64,000 nt of DNA, from contig OX597837.1 in the NCBI GenBank assembly GCA_951406725.2, positions 2,480,001 through 2,544,000 on the forward strand, given 5' to 3'. The position numbers were made by a program, and so were the translations under genes. The first letter of the stretch is position 1, and each line of letters starts with the position of its first letter. Positions 26,433-40,760 of this stretch are shown here, in pieces. This DNA comes from Octopus vulgaris. Its lineage: Eukaryota. The notes under the pieces were generated by a model, which had not been told where the DNA came from, did not search any database, and saw only the letters and a list, made by a program, of their open reading frames with translations.

Positions 26433-26925
26433 ATATGTGTGTGTATGTATGTATGTATGTATGTGTGTATGTATGTATGTATGTATGTATGTATGTATGT
26501 ATGTACGTACGTATGCATGTATGTATAATTTATATATGTATATATACACTCCCCATAACTTTCTTATTCACGGTATGATGGCAGCTCACTACTTATGATC
26601 AACATTTGTCGACGTCAAAATACGTTTTTCTTCGTTTCATTTTTTTTCTTTCCCTCTCGTTGCAATGTGTGCGTGAATAAACATTTGCATTTCACACCTG
26701 ATGACCTCAACGAACTCCTTGACATGCAGAACGATGCCTCCCCACCACAAACAAGGCTAATACCTACTGACACACACATGCAAACACACACACATACACA
26801 TATATAATGGTGTGTGTGTGGCTATATATACATACATATAAATATATATTTATACATATACATACCTTCATATATTATGTATATATATATGACTATATTT
26901 ATATATATAGATTTATATAGATTTA

Positions 26926-26968
<43 letters not shown>

Positions 26969-27202
26969 ACATACATACATACATATATAGTCGGCTATAT
27001 ATGTCTCTGTGTGTATAGACAACTATACATATACACAGATATACATATGCACGTACATATATACATACATACACACACGCACGGATACTCACACACACAC
27101 AAAATGTCGTGGTTATAAATCTTTAATCTTTAGCCGACTGGCATTTCTCTACTGAGCGTGCAATTTGACCATGCAAGGAATTTCTGCAGAATGCGCAATG
27201 TG

Positions 27203-27262
27203 TGCAACATGCAATGTGCAACATGCAATGTGCAACATGCAATGTGCAATATGCAACATGCA
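27203..27262. repeat. 14-bp minisatellite (tgcaacatgcaatg)n
   Basis: About four visible copies. Confidence 0.9.
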
Positions 27263-27369
27263 GCTTGCAGAAAACTAAATGTTATCACATATTTCTCGCC
27301 GGTTTGATGAACGAGGAAAAGTCTATTTATAAACGACACGCTTGTGTGTGCGAGTGTGTGCGAGTGTGT

Positions 27370-27435
<66 letters not shown>

Positions 27436-27777
27436 GAGAGAGACAGAAAGACAGTGGAAAGAGTGGGAAATGGCAGCGGAATAGACGGAGCGAGAGAGTT
27501 ATGAAGGAAGATAGACCAAATGACAGATTGAAGTGTTTGTGAGAATGTGCATTAATGCACGTGCGTGCATGCTTATGCAAGCGTTTCATGCATACAGCCA
27601 TGCATGTGCGTGTGTGTGCGCGTTTATGAGCAAACGATGTGTGTGGCGTTACTTAATAGATGCGTAAATACATGAACCCATATACACACACACCGATATA
27701 TATATGTATATATAGAGATATAGATATGTATATATATATAAATATATAGACAGATATACATATATATATATATATAA

Positions 27778-27840
<63 letters not shown>

Positions 27841-27940
27841 GACATATAGTTTATATACAGACATATACATGTATGTATATATAAATATATATATATATAT
27901 ACACACATACACACACACATATATATATAGAGAGATAGAC

Positions 27941-27993
<53 letters not shown>

Positions 27994-28081
27994 TATATTT
28001 ACATACATGCACACACATAAATATATACAACCATACATACATGCATACATACATATATACATACATACATACACACACACA

Positions 28082-28112
<31 letters not shown>

Positions 28113-28185
28113 TTACATACATACATACATACATACACACACACATACATACATACATACATACACACATACATACATACATACA

Positions 28186-28219
<34 letters not shown>

Positions 28220-29157
28220 CATATATACATGAGTACATGAGTACAACCACATATATATACAAATACACACAAGCATGCTCACACTGTTGCACATTCGGTT
28301 CCAGTTGTCACAAACATTATGTCAACTCGTTGTCGTAGAAAGATGAAGAAGAAGTAGGAGGAGGAGGAGGAGGAGGAGGAGGAGGAGGAGGAGAAGAAGA
28401 AGAAGAAGAAGAAGAAGAAGAAGAAGAAGAAGAAGAAGAAGAAGAAGAAGAAGAAGAAGAAGAAGAAGAAGAAGAGGAAAACAACAACAACCACCGTTAC
28501 TATATAGAAAATGGTTTTTCGAAGCCTTTACTCTCCATCTCCCTCTCCGTCTCCCATTCTATTTCTCTCTTTCTCTCTCTCATTCTATCTCCTCTCTCTC
28601 CCCCTCTCTCTCTCTCTCTCTCCCACTACTACTCGGTAATAGAGCCAGAAGCCTTAGGACGGCGTAGAGTGACGTGGAAAATAAGCGACGTCGAGACAGC
28701 GGATGTTGCATTGTCACTTGGGGAGAGGAATTAATAAAGAACAAGAAGAAGGGGTGCGAGGTAGTGAGGTGTGGGGTGGCCGTGTTGACCTGTGTGGTGG
28801 GACGGGGGTGCGGTTGGGGTTCGGTGGAGGGACTGTGAGGCCACCGTTTCGATTGGACGAAGCTGAGTTGATGAGAACCCGAACCCACTCACACACACAC
28901 GTGCATAAATACACATATTCTACATACGTATATATTCTATATATACGTACGTGTGCAGGTGGTTGTATATCTATGTGGGTATTTGCGTGCGCGCGCGCAC
29001 AAATGGCAGCATTCTGTCTGTTTACCAAAGCATCCATCTCCCTCTCCCCTTCTCTCTCTCTCTCTCTCTCTCTCTCGCGCTCTATCTCTCTATATATATA
29101 TATATGTATCCAAGTATTCATATATGTGTTTATTTTCCACATATGCATATGTATGTG

Positions 29158-29202
<45 letters not shown>

Positions 29203-29221
29203 GTATGTATTATGGTATGTA

Positions 29222-29905
<684 letters not shown>

Positions 29906-29939
29906 GATCATTGTGCAGCCTTAATAAATGTATGCGTGT

Positions 29940-30384
29940 ATACATACATACATACATACATACATACATACATACATACATACATACACATACATACATA
30001 CACATACATACATACATACATACATACATACACATACATACATACACATACATACATACATACATACATACATACATACATACATACATACATACATACA
30101 TACATACATACATACACATACATACATACACATACATACATACATACATACATACATACATACATACACATACATACATACACATACATACATACATACA
30201 TACATACATACATACATACATACATACATACATACATACATACATACATACATACATACATAAATACATACATACATACATACATATATACATACATACA
30301 TACATACATACATACATACATACATACATACATACATACATACATACATACACACATACATACATACATACATACATACATACA

Positions 30385-30413
<29 letters not shown>
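29940..30413. repeat. (TACA)n tetranucleotide array with periodic CA interruptions
   Basis: Direct inspection. Confidence 0.97.
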
Positions 30414-30417
<4 letters not shown>

Positions 30418-30431
30418 TATTATTATTATTC

Positions 30432-31092
30432 GACTTGACTCAGGTTAGGTCTTATTCTTGGTAGAATTTATGGCGGATAACGGGTTACTATCTGTGCTCA
30501 AAACCTTTCCGCTCAAAACCCTTCCGATAATCTTTCCTGTTGTTCCTTTAGGACATTCTAGAACATTCAATGGAATATTCTCTAGAAGCTCTACAGGACA
30601 TTCTATTCCTATTTCCTTCAACCATTTCCCAATATCATAACACGCAGTCCCATATGCACCAATTACTTCGTGCGCACAGTTTCCATTTTCCAAATTCTCG
30701 CAATTTCAAATTGTAAGGGATTGTATTTTTGTCATTTTTCATTCTCCTTCTACACAATCCTGGAATCAAACAGGTTGGGGTGCTTGATCCTGATCTTCTC
30801 TAATATCCTGCCACAGCGTCCTCACTCTGTTTTGTTGGTCATCATCGTATTCTTGTGCTATAGCTCTTCCTATTACTTCTGCTTCGTTTGCTGAGAATGC
30901 ATTTATATTTACACTTTATTCTACGTCTTCACTGCCGCCATTTATTTCTCTGTTCTCACTGGACACATTATCTGTTGGTGAAGTAGTATTTCTATTTGCT
31001 ACTTTCCTTTTTATCTCGTCAATTTCTATGTCTGTTAGCCACCCTTTTGCACTCATTGCTTTTGCCTGGTCAGCTAACCGTTGCTCACTTAT
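30432..31092 (-). mobile_element. Internally deleted R4/Dong-like element
   Basis: N-terminal ISEQRLADQAKAMSAKGWLTDIEIDEIKR close to C-terminal KYNPLQFEIARIWKM..VIGAYG..WLKEIGI; ends in (TAA)n at 30416-30430. Confidence 0.7.
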
Positions 31093-31439
31093 TTCGACGA
31101 GTCCTCATCTGGACGGCCAAAACGAGGTGCGTCTTTGAGATCAAAATTTCCATTTTTTGAACTTGGCATACCAATCACGAGCGTTTCTTTCAGCTATGGC
31201 ACCCTCTCCATACTCAGCACAAATGTCGCGAGCAGCTTTTGCGGCCTTAGAACTTTGATTAAAAGCGAAAAGTAGGCGGTGTCGAAAATGCTCGTTTTTC
31301 TTAACTTGACATTCCATTTTAATGATCTGAAAATAAACAAAAATTAAAATTGACTCGAAAAAAAAAAACGAAATAGATTTCTCGAAAAAAATAGATTCCA
31401 AAATTTAAAAAAACAGCGGGAACTTACTTACTTGCCAAC

Positions 31440-31443
<4 letters not shown>
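31093..31443 (-). mobile_element. Mariner 5' fragment (TIR plus N-terminal HTH of transposase)
   Basis: TA|ttgggttggcaagtaagt TIR; MECQVKKNEHFRHRLLFAFNQSSKAAKAARDICAEYGEGAIAERNARDWYAKFK..DLKDAPRFGRP. Confidence 0.9.
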
Positions 31444-31509
<66 letters not shown>

Positions 31510-31764
31510 GGCACGAACTGACAGCAACAACTGACTTTCCTCTAAACTAAATACAATCCTAAAATTTGCTTGGAAATGGTGCTGCCAGTGTTTGGTTTCT
31601 TTGTTTTTTCTGAATGGTTTTGCTTTCTCAAGGAATTGTAGCATCGAAACGAACCAGAAAATAGTCCAATTTAAAATTCAAGGAAAATGAGCAAAAATAA
31701 ACAGAATATAAATAAAACAAAACGTAGATCTGCGTTGAGGTGACAAACACAAAGACGCACGCAC

Positions 31765-31900
31765 GCGACAGGTTTCGTTCAGTTTCCGTCTACCAATTCC
31801 ACTGGCAAGGCTTTGATCAACCAGAGGATATAACAGAAGACAGACTGAACCCGGAACCGTGTGGTTGAGAAGCAAGCTTCTTACCACACACCCGCGCCTG
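31765..31900 (-). mobile_element. SINE family B 5' half
   Basis: ttcagtttccgtctaccaattccact...gactgaacccggaaccgtgtggttg. Confidence 0.8.
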
Positions 31901-32391
31901 GAGAAAATTTACTTAGAAAAAACATATGTATTTTGGTAAAACAACATTAAAAGACAATTCTAATGAATTTTGTTAAAATAATTATTGAAGAGAAAAAGTT
32001 TTATTGAAAATACAAATTTGTTAAATTGCAGAAGATTGTTGAAAATCCTTAAGACGAAATAAACCAGAAAACGCTGAAAATGTTATTAAAAATTGGGGGA
32101 AGAAAATTAAGAAGCATAAATTTATGATGAAATAGTGAATAAATATATATAAAGTCTTATAGAAGTTGAGGAAGCGTATAAAATGAGAAACGGAAAACGA
32201 GATAATTATTTTAAGGGGCGATTCACATATTTCGAGGAAATGACTACTCTATAAAGACATAATCGAACGTAGACGGGTTTAGAAGAAGCACACAGGAAGC
32301 GGAGATGCTTTTGTAAAGGGAGATAAATCACCACGGATTTCCGGAACAATAAATTTCTGTGCTTACGTGCTTGTGTGACGGTGTGTGTGCG

Positions 32392-32422
<31 letters not shown>

Positions 32423-32537
32423 ATACATTGGTGTTCCTGCGTATGTAGGTGTGTGGCGTGTGTGCCTCTGTAGACTGTGATTAATTTGAAAATCAATTCG
32501 TGTGTATTTGTATGTGTGTATGTACGTATGCATGTAG

Positions 32538-32627
<90 letters not shown>

Positions 32628-32882
32628 ATACAGGTATATGTGTGTGCATGAGTATATAGGTGTAAATATGCCAGTATGTGTATGTGTGTGTACTTTCGCA
32701 TATTTCTCAGTACATTTGTTTCTGTTTGTCAAGGTGTATTTAGGTATATTTGTGTTTTTACACATGCACATATTATCAGTCACACTGTCACGTTCACACG
32801 CTCACACGTACATACATTCATACATACACACATACATACATACACACATACATACATACATATATGTATATGTATACATACA

Positions 32883-32918
<36 letters not shown>

Positions 32919-32944
32919 TACATACATACATACATACATTATAC

Positions 32945-33008
<64 letters not shown>

Positions 33009-33639
33009 GTATGCATGTATGTATGTATGCATGTATGTGTATATGCATCTATGTATGTAAAAATACGGTGTTTTTTCACCGGATCTAAGTGACCAGCATA
33101 TTTCTGTGTTTGTTCACTCGCCTATTTTCTTGTTGGCCGCTTCGATCGATTACTTTTCTCACTCCCTCGATGATGTATGAAGACATGGCGTTACCATTCC
33201 TTAAACCATTCCTCAATTGGCTTCTTTATTTATATTCCCTTGATTATTTAAGAGTTTGTCTGAGTTTTTTCTTTTATTTTTCAGTCACGAAAATTTATTG
33301 TCCCTGAAGAGTACAATGATTTATACCCTTTTACCTTTATACCTTCATTTCCTGCGTTCCTTTTCTCAATTCGATTCCGTTTGATTACCCCCTAATTGTC
33401 TTTATATTCTCGTCATTTTTATCAATTTGTTTTTCTATCGCTTTGTTTTTTAACCTTTTAAGTGATTATTTCGTTTAGAATTTTTTTTCCGTTTCTTTTG
33501 TAACATCTTTTAACAGAACGCAATGCTTACTACATATTTTCCTTTTCACTAGTGTAATAGTAGCATTGGACTTCTCGTTTTTCCTCCTTCAATTTTTCAT
33601 AGGTTGTTAATACATTTTCGTTTACTCTAGCTTTCTAAG

Positions 33640-33790
33640 ATAGGAATTTTCGATTTCTGCTAAGCAATTATTTCCTGGCCACACAGAAATGTAACAAGCA
33701 CTTCGACGGGAAGGACGTTAAGATGATCTATAACTGCCTAGATAATATCATTTCCAAGCTATCACATCAACATCTAAGACGTTTACTTAA
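33640..33790 (+). mobile_element. Possible Penelope-like RT thumb/linker remnant
   Basis: NFRFLLSNYF..KCNKHFDGKDVKMIYNCLDNIISKLSHQH resembles the PLE motif FLxLxxKHF..KIFN..VKISYSCxxNI..II..HN. Confidence 0.4.
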
Positions 33791-34464
33791 CCACCATGTA
33801 CCCGAACAGCTAACTTACAACAACAGAACATCCTAAAATTGGATCCAGGAAAAGTATCAAAGTAAATATAAGATTTAGATCTCCGAAAATTTGTGCGTAT
33901 ATGAAAGCCTTGACCCAGCATGGTTTTCGCAGCATTCACGTGCGTATGTGTAAGTTCATATAAATAAAATAAACGATTTATTTTGTATCGTACTTGATAT
34001 ACCTGTATTTGTTCAAACGCATGCCACTGGCTACTTTGAGTATTTTCTTTTAATTCATTTTTGCTTAAATTATGCAAATTTTCTTGGCCATAGATATGTT
34101 CAGCTCTTTTTTGTATAGGTTTACTCCTTTTAGCGTCTGGCAATAAGGGCGGATATTTGTCGTTCTCATGGTGGCTATAGAGCTAGAAACACGTATCCAT
34201 GATTGTCCTCTCATTTCCAGACAATAAACCCTGCACTAGGTGGCATGTCAGTTTTGAAGAATACTTGGTTCTTGAGGTTATCTTCCTCCCAACTTGCAGA
34301 TGGGTCTGGCTGCATATAACATAGATTAGAATAATAACGGATAAAAAATAAAATTTGTCATGGGTTAAGAATTGAAAGTTGAAGGAAAGAAGAATGGGTA
34401 TTCATTAGTTTACACGAACACATATTAATCTATCTATCTAGATATTTATCATTATAGCTATATA

Positions 34465-34695
34465 CAGGGTTGGCCAAAATTCACCCGACAGTAAATCAAA
34501 GTTCCATGAATACTATCTGCAATTCTGTATTGACTCGAACAGAAAAATGTGTCACTCAAGAAGGACCTCTGTTAGAAGAATTTTCAAGATGCTTCATATT
34601 TAGATGTTATTACAAATTTATTCAGTTGTTAAACATAAATAAATCTTGGAATTAAATGGTTTTGATTAACTGTCAGGTGATTTTGGGCAATCCTG
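34465..34695. mobile_element. Tc1/mariner MITE
   Basis: ~35-bp TIRs cagggttggccaaaattcacccgacagtaaatcaaa / tttgattaactgtcaggtgattttgggcaatcctg; TA on both sides. Confidence 0.88.
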
Positions 34696-34701
34696 TATAT
34701 A

Positions 34702-34767
<66 letters not shown>

Positions 34768-34797
34768 TGTGTGCGTGTGTCTGTGTGTGTGCTTGTA

Positions 34798-34831
<34 letters not shown>

Positions 34832-35421
34832 TATATGCAAATATATATATTCGTTACTAGCGGCGAATCTACTATTAGATCAACATAACGTTTTGTATAT
34901 GATACGTAACATCGAGAGGGCATCTTGTATAGACGTATTGAGTTAAAGAAAAACTACAGAAATCTATGAATAGCAAGCGAAAAGTGTCCAGCATCGGTAA
35001 TGGAATTGCTTTGAGTGTCACCAGTAGCAAGCATCCACTATAAATGACTTGCGTAGACAAATTTAGTCTCTACTAATATAGAAAAGCAATGTATTTTATT
35101 ATATCAATGGAAGCTAAATCTGTCTTAGAGTGCGGTTGCTTTGTCTGAGCAATGTGAACAAGAGTTACTCTGTCTCTTTTTATCAGACAAACCTTCACGT
35201 GAAGAACTTTTTAACAAAATCTAAGTAGTGCTTCACTCCAAGTGGCCTTACAGCGCATGCCCTAGCTAACAGCGCCTTGAAAGATAAGATGTATTACAAC
35301 CCTTCAATACGAAATATAAAAATATGCTTAAAAATAGACCTAGGAAAATAACAGAGCTCGCTCCACCTTTCTTCCTAAATTTTAAAATTATGTGTGTTCG
35401 CAGGCGCGCGCGCGCGTGTGT

Positions 35422-35459
<38 letters not shown>

Positions 35460-35469
35460 ACGCATACTT

Positions 35470-35700
35470 TTATCGTTTAACTAATACTTGTTGCAGTCAT
35501 TCTGCGACCAATCTGGAGCACCGCCTTGAAGGCTTTTTAATCGAACGAATCAACTCCAATAGTTACTATTTTAAGCTTGGTAGCCTGATATTTATTCTAT
35601 CTAACTCTTTTGCTGAACCGCTAGATTACAGAGGTGTAAATACACCAATCGGTTGTCAAGCAGTGGAGGGGAAAAACACAGACACAAAGATACACATGCA

Positions 35701-35781
<81 letters not shown>

Positions 35782-35925
35782 TACAACAAGCTTCTTACAG
35801 TTTCCGTCAACCAAGGCTTTGGTCGTCCCGTGGCTGCTGCAGAAGACACTTGCCCTAGGTGCCGCGCAGTGGGACTGAGCCTGGAATCATGTGGTTAGGA
35901 AGCAAGCCTCTTGCCACACAGCCAC
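35470..35925 (-). mobile_element. SINE family B, full length, diverged
   Basis: Head gccacacagccact and tail ctggagcaccgcctt present. Confidence 0.85.
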
Positions 35926-35926
35926 T

Positions 35927-36172
35927 CGGAAACTGAAAGAAGCCTGTCGTAATATGTGAATGTGTGTATGTTTGTGTGTCTGTGTTGGTCCACCTCCCCA
36001 TCGCTTGACAACCGATGCTGGTGTATTTACGTCGCCGTAACTGAGCGGTTCAGCAAAAGAGACCGATAGAATAAGTACTAGGCTTAGAAAAAATAAGTCC
36101 TGGGATCGAATTGTTCTACTAAAGGTGGTGCTCCAGCATGGCCGCAGTCAAATGGGTGAAACAAATAAAAGA
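35927..36172 (+). mobile_element. SINE family B lacking its head, inverted relative to the previous copy
   Basis: ggaaactgaaagaagcctgtcg...ggtgctccagcatggccgcagtcaaatgggtgaaac. Confidence 0.88.
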
Positions 36173-36219
36173 ATATATATATATATATAGGTACAGGAAC
36201 GCGCACACAAACATAGACA

Positions 36220-36260
<41 letters not shown>

Positions 36261-36494
36261 CAATGACATTTTTTATTCGTTCGAAATCCAGATTGAAACT
36301 ATACCAGATTCTCTAAGAATCTTCCTTTTGATGATGAAAACTATAAATGAATCGTGGTTATTCTTAATCTTCTGTGGTTCCAAAATGTCTGCGGCTTTTT
36401 CTGAATTTCAGTTTTATATTCGTTGTGATTCTTAAGAAAGTAAAATGTGAGTGAATAAGACCATACAAAACGGAATTATAGGTTTGTGACGGAA

Positions 36495-37100
36495 GCGTTA
36501 GCACGCCTGGCGAAATGCTTAGCGGTATTTCGTATGTCTTTATGTTCTGAGTTCAAATTCCGCCGAGGTTGACTTTGCCTTTTATCCTTTCGGGGTCGAT
36601 TAAAAAAAGTACCAGTTACGCACTGGGGTCGATATAATCGACTTAATCCGTTTGTCTGACCTTGTTTGTCCTCTCTGTGTTTAGCTCCTTGTGGGTAGTA
36701 AAGAAATAGGTATTTCGTCTGCCGTTATATTCTGAGTTCAAATTCCTTCCTGGTTGTCTTCGCCTTTCATCCTTTTTAGAATCAGAATAAGTATCGGTGA
36801 AGTAGTGGGGTTAATGTAATCGCATTGCCTCTCCCCTCAAAAACCGCTAACCTTTGCCGGAATTTGAAGCCATTATATTATGTGTTGATTATAGCAGTGA
36901 ACTAGCAGAATCGTTAGCACAGCTGACGAAATGTTCAGCGATATTTCTTCGGCCTTTACGGCCTGACTTCAAATTCCACAGAGGCCGACTTGGGGTGGGG
37001 ATAAAAGAAGTACCAGTTGAACACTGGGGTCAATGTAATCATCTCTCACACCACCACCCCCGCAAAAATTGCTGGGTCTTCTTCCAAAATTTGAAATCAT
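36495..37100 (+). mobile_element. SINE family A cluster (dimer 36495-36870 plus degenerate copy 36893-37100)
   Basis: tatttcgt restarts at 36526 and 36711; third head gcagtgaactagcagaatcgttagcac. Confidence 0.85.
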
Positions 37101-37406
37101 TATCTTGTGTTGCGAGATTGTTGTTACTGTTGTTGTTGTTCACATGTGCCATTTCTCCCCTATAGAATTATTCCTCTCTTTCGCACAACCGAATTCTTAT
37201 AACGATGACTCCATCGGATTTTCTCCAAGTTGGTCGCTCTTTCCTGTTTCCTGAACGAACGAAGTTGTCCGTCTGTTGGATAGTGTGTTAAAGAAAGAAA
37301 GAAAGAAAAAAAGAAAGAAGGAATAAGGAGGGGAGGGGAGACGGGAGGGGAGGAGGGGAAGAAGAAGAAGTAGAAGAAGAAGAAGATTTTGATGGTGATG
37401 ATGATG

Positions 37407-37446
<40 letters not shown>

Positions 37447-38300
37447 AAAGAAGCGATGACGGCGATGACAACGACGCCATACACCATTTAGAACTGAACA
37501 GGTTTTTCTTCGACCAGTAAAAAATTCGAGAACAACGGAATCGCCACCTCCACCACCACCGTCGACGCCGCCGCCGCCTGATGGTGGGTGTGTGGGCGGG
37601 TGGGTGTGGGCGGAGGAATTTTATTGAGGAAAACTGACGTGACACCTTGCACTGGAACTGACATATGAATTAATCCAAATATTAGATTCGGTTGTGTGAC
37701 TTTTGAGTAGTACTGGTAGGGTGGGGGTAGGGTGGGGGATGGAGAAGGTTGGTGGGAGTGGTGAGGGCGGTGCTGGCTACTGCTACGGCTACTACTGCTG
37801 CTACTGTTGCTGGTATTTTTAGTGGGGATATTGTTTTGGTGAGGGTGGGGTGTAATGTGATGAGACTGTAGTTTGATGGTGGTGGTCGTGGCAGGAGTTT
37901 TACAGATGGAGAGGTTGCGACGGTGTTACTGCGTTGATAGTGGTAGTGGAGAGTGCTGGTGGGGTTGGAGGTGGTGTTATGATGGTGATGTTGGTGGTGG
38001 TCGGGCTGTAGCAGGAGTTGGTAGCGGTGGTGGTGGTGGTGGTGGTGGTTGTGGTGTTACTGATGATGGTGGTGGTGTAGTTGATGGTGGTGGTGGTGAT
38101 AGTTAATGGTGGTGGTGGTGGTAGTGGTAGTTGATGGTGGTGGTGGTGGTAGTTAATGGTGGTGGTGGTGGTGGTGGTGGTGGTGGTGGTGGTTCTGTCA
38201 TGGTGGTTGTGTCGGTGGTAGTGATGGTGGTTGTAATAATGATAGTGGTGGTGGTGGTTGTGGGGGTTGTAGTAGTAATTTTTGGTGGTGGTGGTGGTGG

Positions 38301-38331
<31 letters not shown>

Positions 38332-38769
38332 GGCTGTAGTAGTGGTGGTAGTGGTGGTGGTTTGGGGGTGGTGGGTTGTTTTGCTTACGATCGAAGTCTG
38401 TCTGGAAGACTTAAAACATGTTGCGTTCTAAAAATTCTTGAAAGAATCCTCCATTCTCTCTTCGCAGAACGAAGGAGGACGCGAAATGTCTTGCTCTTGT
38501 TTTGTTTCATTTTTGAGTTGGTGTAGCGGTGGGTGGATGGGTGGGTGGGAGAGAGCGGATTTAGTTAATCTTTCATAACACTCTATATATCACGATAATC
38601 ACCACCGCCACCACTAACCTCGTTCTATTAGTCATCATAATCGTCACCATCACCACCACTACCATCATCACCATCATCATCATCAACATTATCCACATCA
38701 TCGTTATCCACAGTTTAATCATCCTGGCCACCGAGCGGAATCCTTTGCGTTTTTTTTTTCTTTGGCCCA

Positions 38770-39119
38770 TTCCGTTATGAGTTCAAATCCCGCCGGAGTC
38801 CCTATTGCATTTTATCCATTTCTGAGCCCATAAAATAAAGTAGCAGTCAATCCCAGGGATCGATTCAATTCATCGGATCCCTTCCCTCAAAATTATTCCA
38901 CTCATACCTCCATTGGCAAAATCGTTAGCATGCCGAACAAAATAAAGAGCGACATTTCATCCGATTTTACGACCTGATTTCAAATTCCACGAAATCGATA
39001 TTGCCTGTCACCCCTTTTCGGGGCCGATAAAAGTATGTACAAATAAAATACTGGGGTCGATGTAATCGAATTACACCCCTCCCCCCACAATTTCAGGTCG
39101 TGTGCCTTTAGTAGAAAGG

Positions 39120-39120
<1 letters not shown>
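38770..39120 (+). mobile_element. Two degenerate SINE family A copies ending in an (ATT)n tail
   Basis: gagttcaaatcccgcc; tggcaaaatcgttagcat; caggtcgtgtgcctttagtagaaaggattattatt. Confidence 0.75.
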
Positions 39121-39205
<85 letters not shown>

Positions 39206-39239
39206 CATTATTATTATTATTATTATTACTATTATTATT

Positions 39240-39713
39240 CAGTAGTCTTATTACTATCACGTATTTTCACTGCACTACCGAGCGCAGTTCTGTGTGCCTT
39301 GGGTATGTGCTGTGGTTTGTTGTGGTGTTCTTATTTTTACTGTACTGAAAGTGCTTTACGTAGGATGTGTGCAGTGCCTTGTAGTGCTATTTTCTCTATG
39401 TTATATATATTTGTTACTCCAGGTGTTTTTGATATGTAGTTGTCTGATTTTTTTTTATCATACCTAATGCACCTACTATGATAGAAATTGTTTCTATTTT
39501 TAGACTCCACTTTCGAATTACCTCTATTTCTAGGTCTTTCTATTTTGAAAGTTTCTCCATTTCTTTTAGAGAAATGTTGTCTTCTGTTGGTATTGAGACA
39601 TCGATCAGAAAGCATTTTTTTTCTTGATGATTTCTGAAAGTTATATCTGGCCTATTGGCCTTAATTTCTCTATTTATATGTATTGGCATGTCCTATAGTA
39701 TGGTCGCTTTCTC

Positions 39714-39717
<4 letters not shown>
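39240..39717 (-). mobile_element. R4/Dong-like 3' fragment (RLE domain), distinct subfamily
   Basis: DMPIHINREIKANRPDITFRNHQEKKCFLIDVSIPTEDNISLKEMEKLSK*KDLEIE...IEKIALQGTAHILRKAL; (TAA)n on both flanks. Confidence 0.88.
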
Positions 39718-39773
<56 letters not shown>

Positions 39774-39801
39774 CATCATCATCATCATCATTATTATTAT
39801 T

Positions 39802-39990
39802 ACGCTGGGTGAAATGCTTAGCGGTATTTCGTCTGCTGTTACGTTCTGAGTTCAAATTACGCCGAGGTTGACTTTGCCTTTCATCCTTTCGGGGTCGATA
39901 AATTAAGTACCTGTTGAACACTTGGGTCGATGTAATCGATTAGTCCCATTCCCCAAAATGGCTGCCCTTCTAACAAAATTTGAAACCATT
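39802..39990 (+). mobile_element. SINE family A
   Basis: gaaatgcttagcggtatttcgtctg...gcctttcatcctttcggggtcgataaattaagtacc. Confidence 0.88.
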
Positions 39991-40179
39991 ATTGCTGTTG
40001 TTGTTGTTTGATGAAAACTCAGCTTATTTTGTTGAGTATAATGGAAAGTGTCAGCTGTCCACAGCCAACAGACCGAGGTGATACACGTTTACTAGTCGTC
40101 GTTGTCGCTGTTGTTGTTTTTGTTGTTGTTGTTGTTATCATCATTATTATTTTATGAGAGTGGTGAAATTGCTGTGGCC

Positions 40180-40760
40180 CTATGAGCAACACACTAACCA
40201 TGTGTTGGGGGAATAGTTGGTCAGAACTTATAACAAAAATAGGCGCATCAAAAGGCCGACAGAAACACAAATGGAAAGATCTATGAGAAAATGTTGAGCC
40301 AGAAAGCCTTCGTCGCTCGAGGCAGAAAACTGAAAACAATTGGAGAAAATTTACTATTGAGAGTGAAGTGAGGAGCTACTCCATCAATCTGGAAAATAGT
40401 AAGGATTTTCTTATAATCCCGAACTACAAGAGCAAACGAGTTAATTTGCCACTAGAAACAGATAGATGCTGGCGGCGAGGAAGTCATCCTGGATGGCGGG
40501 ATAGGTGAGAAGGTCTTAGAGATATGGAAATTCCAACAGAAAAACTGGTCGTGGATTGGACTGCAGAACCTAATCTAAAGGGATCGAAAACATCTCGAAA
40601 GAACCCCCGACATGATTAACAGCCCAAATGGTATGTCTTTGGGAGCAGAGGTCAGAAGACCCATGTGCTATATATGTGGTGTCAGTAATCAGCCAATGAC
40701 TTTCATTTCATACCAGAGAGCAGGACAGAAAGACCTGCACTCCTGCCGCTGCCACGCCCA
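40180..40760 (+). pseudogene. Possible decayed LINE ORF1 (gag-like zinc-knuckle) remnant
   Basis: FLIIPNYKSKRV and PDMINSPNGMSLGAEVRRPMCYICG resemble the ORF1 VEGRxPxCxxCG knuckle; interrupted by stops and frameshifts. Confidence 0.35.

Noticed and set aside
33787-34143. 118-aa minus-strand ORF
   Set aside because: TTG start, no recognisable motif, lies within probable decayed TE sequence
35140-35270. hAT-like dimerisation motif (NVNKSYS...KNFLTKSK*CFTP)
   Set aside because: Too short and degenerate to support without a search
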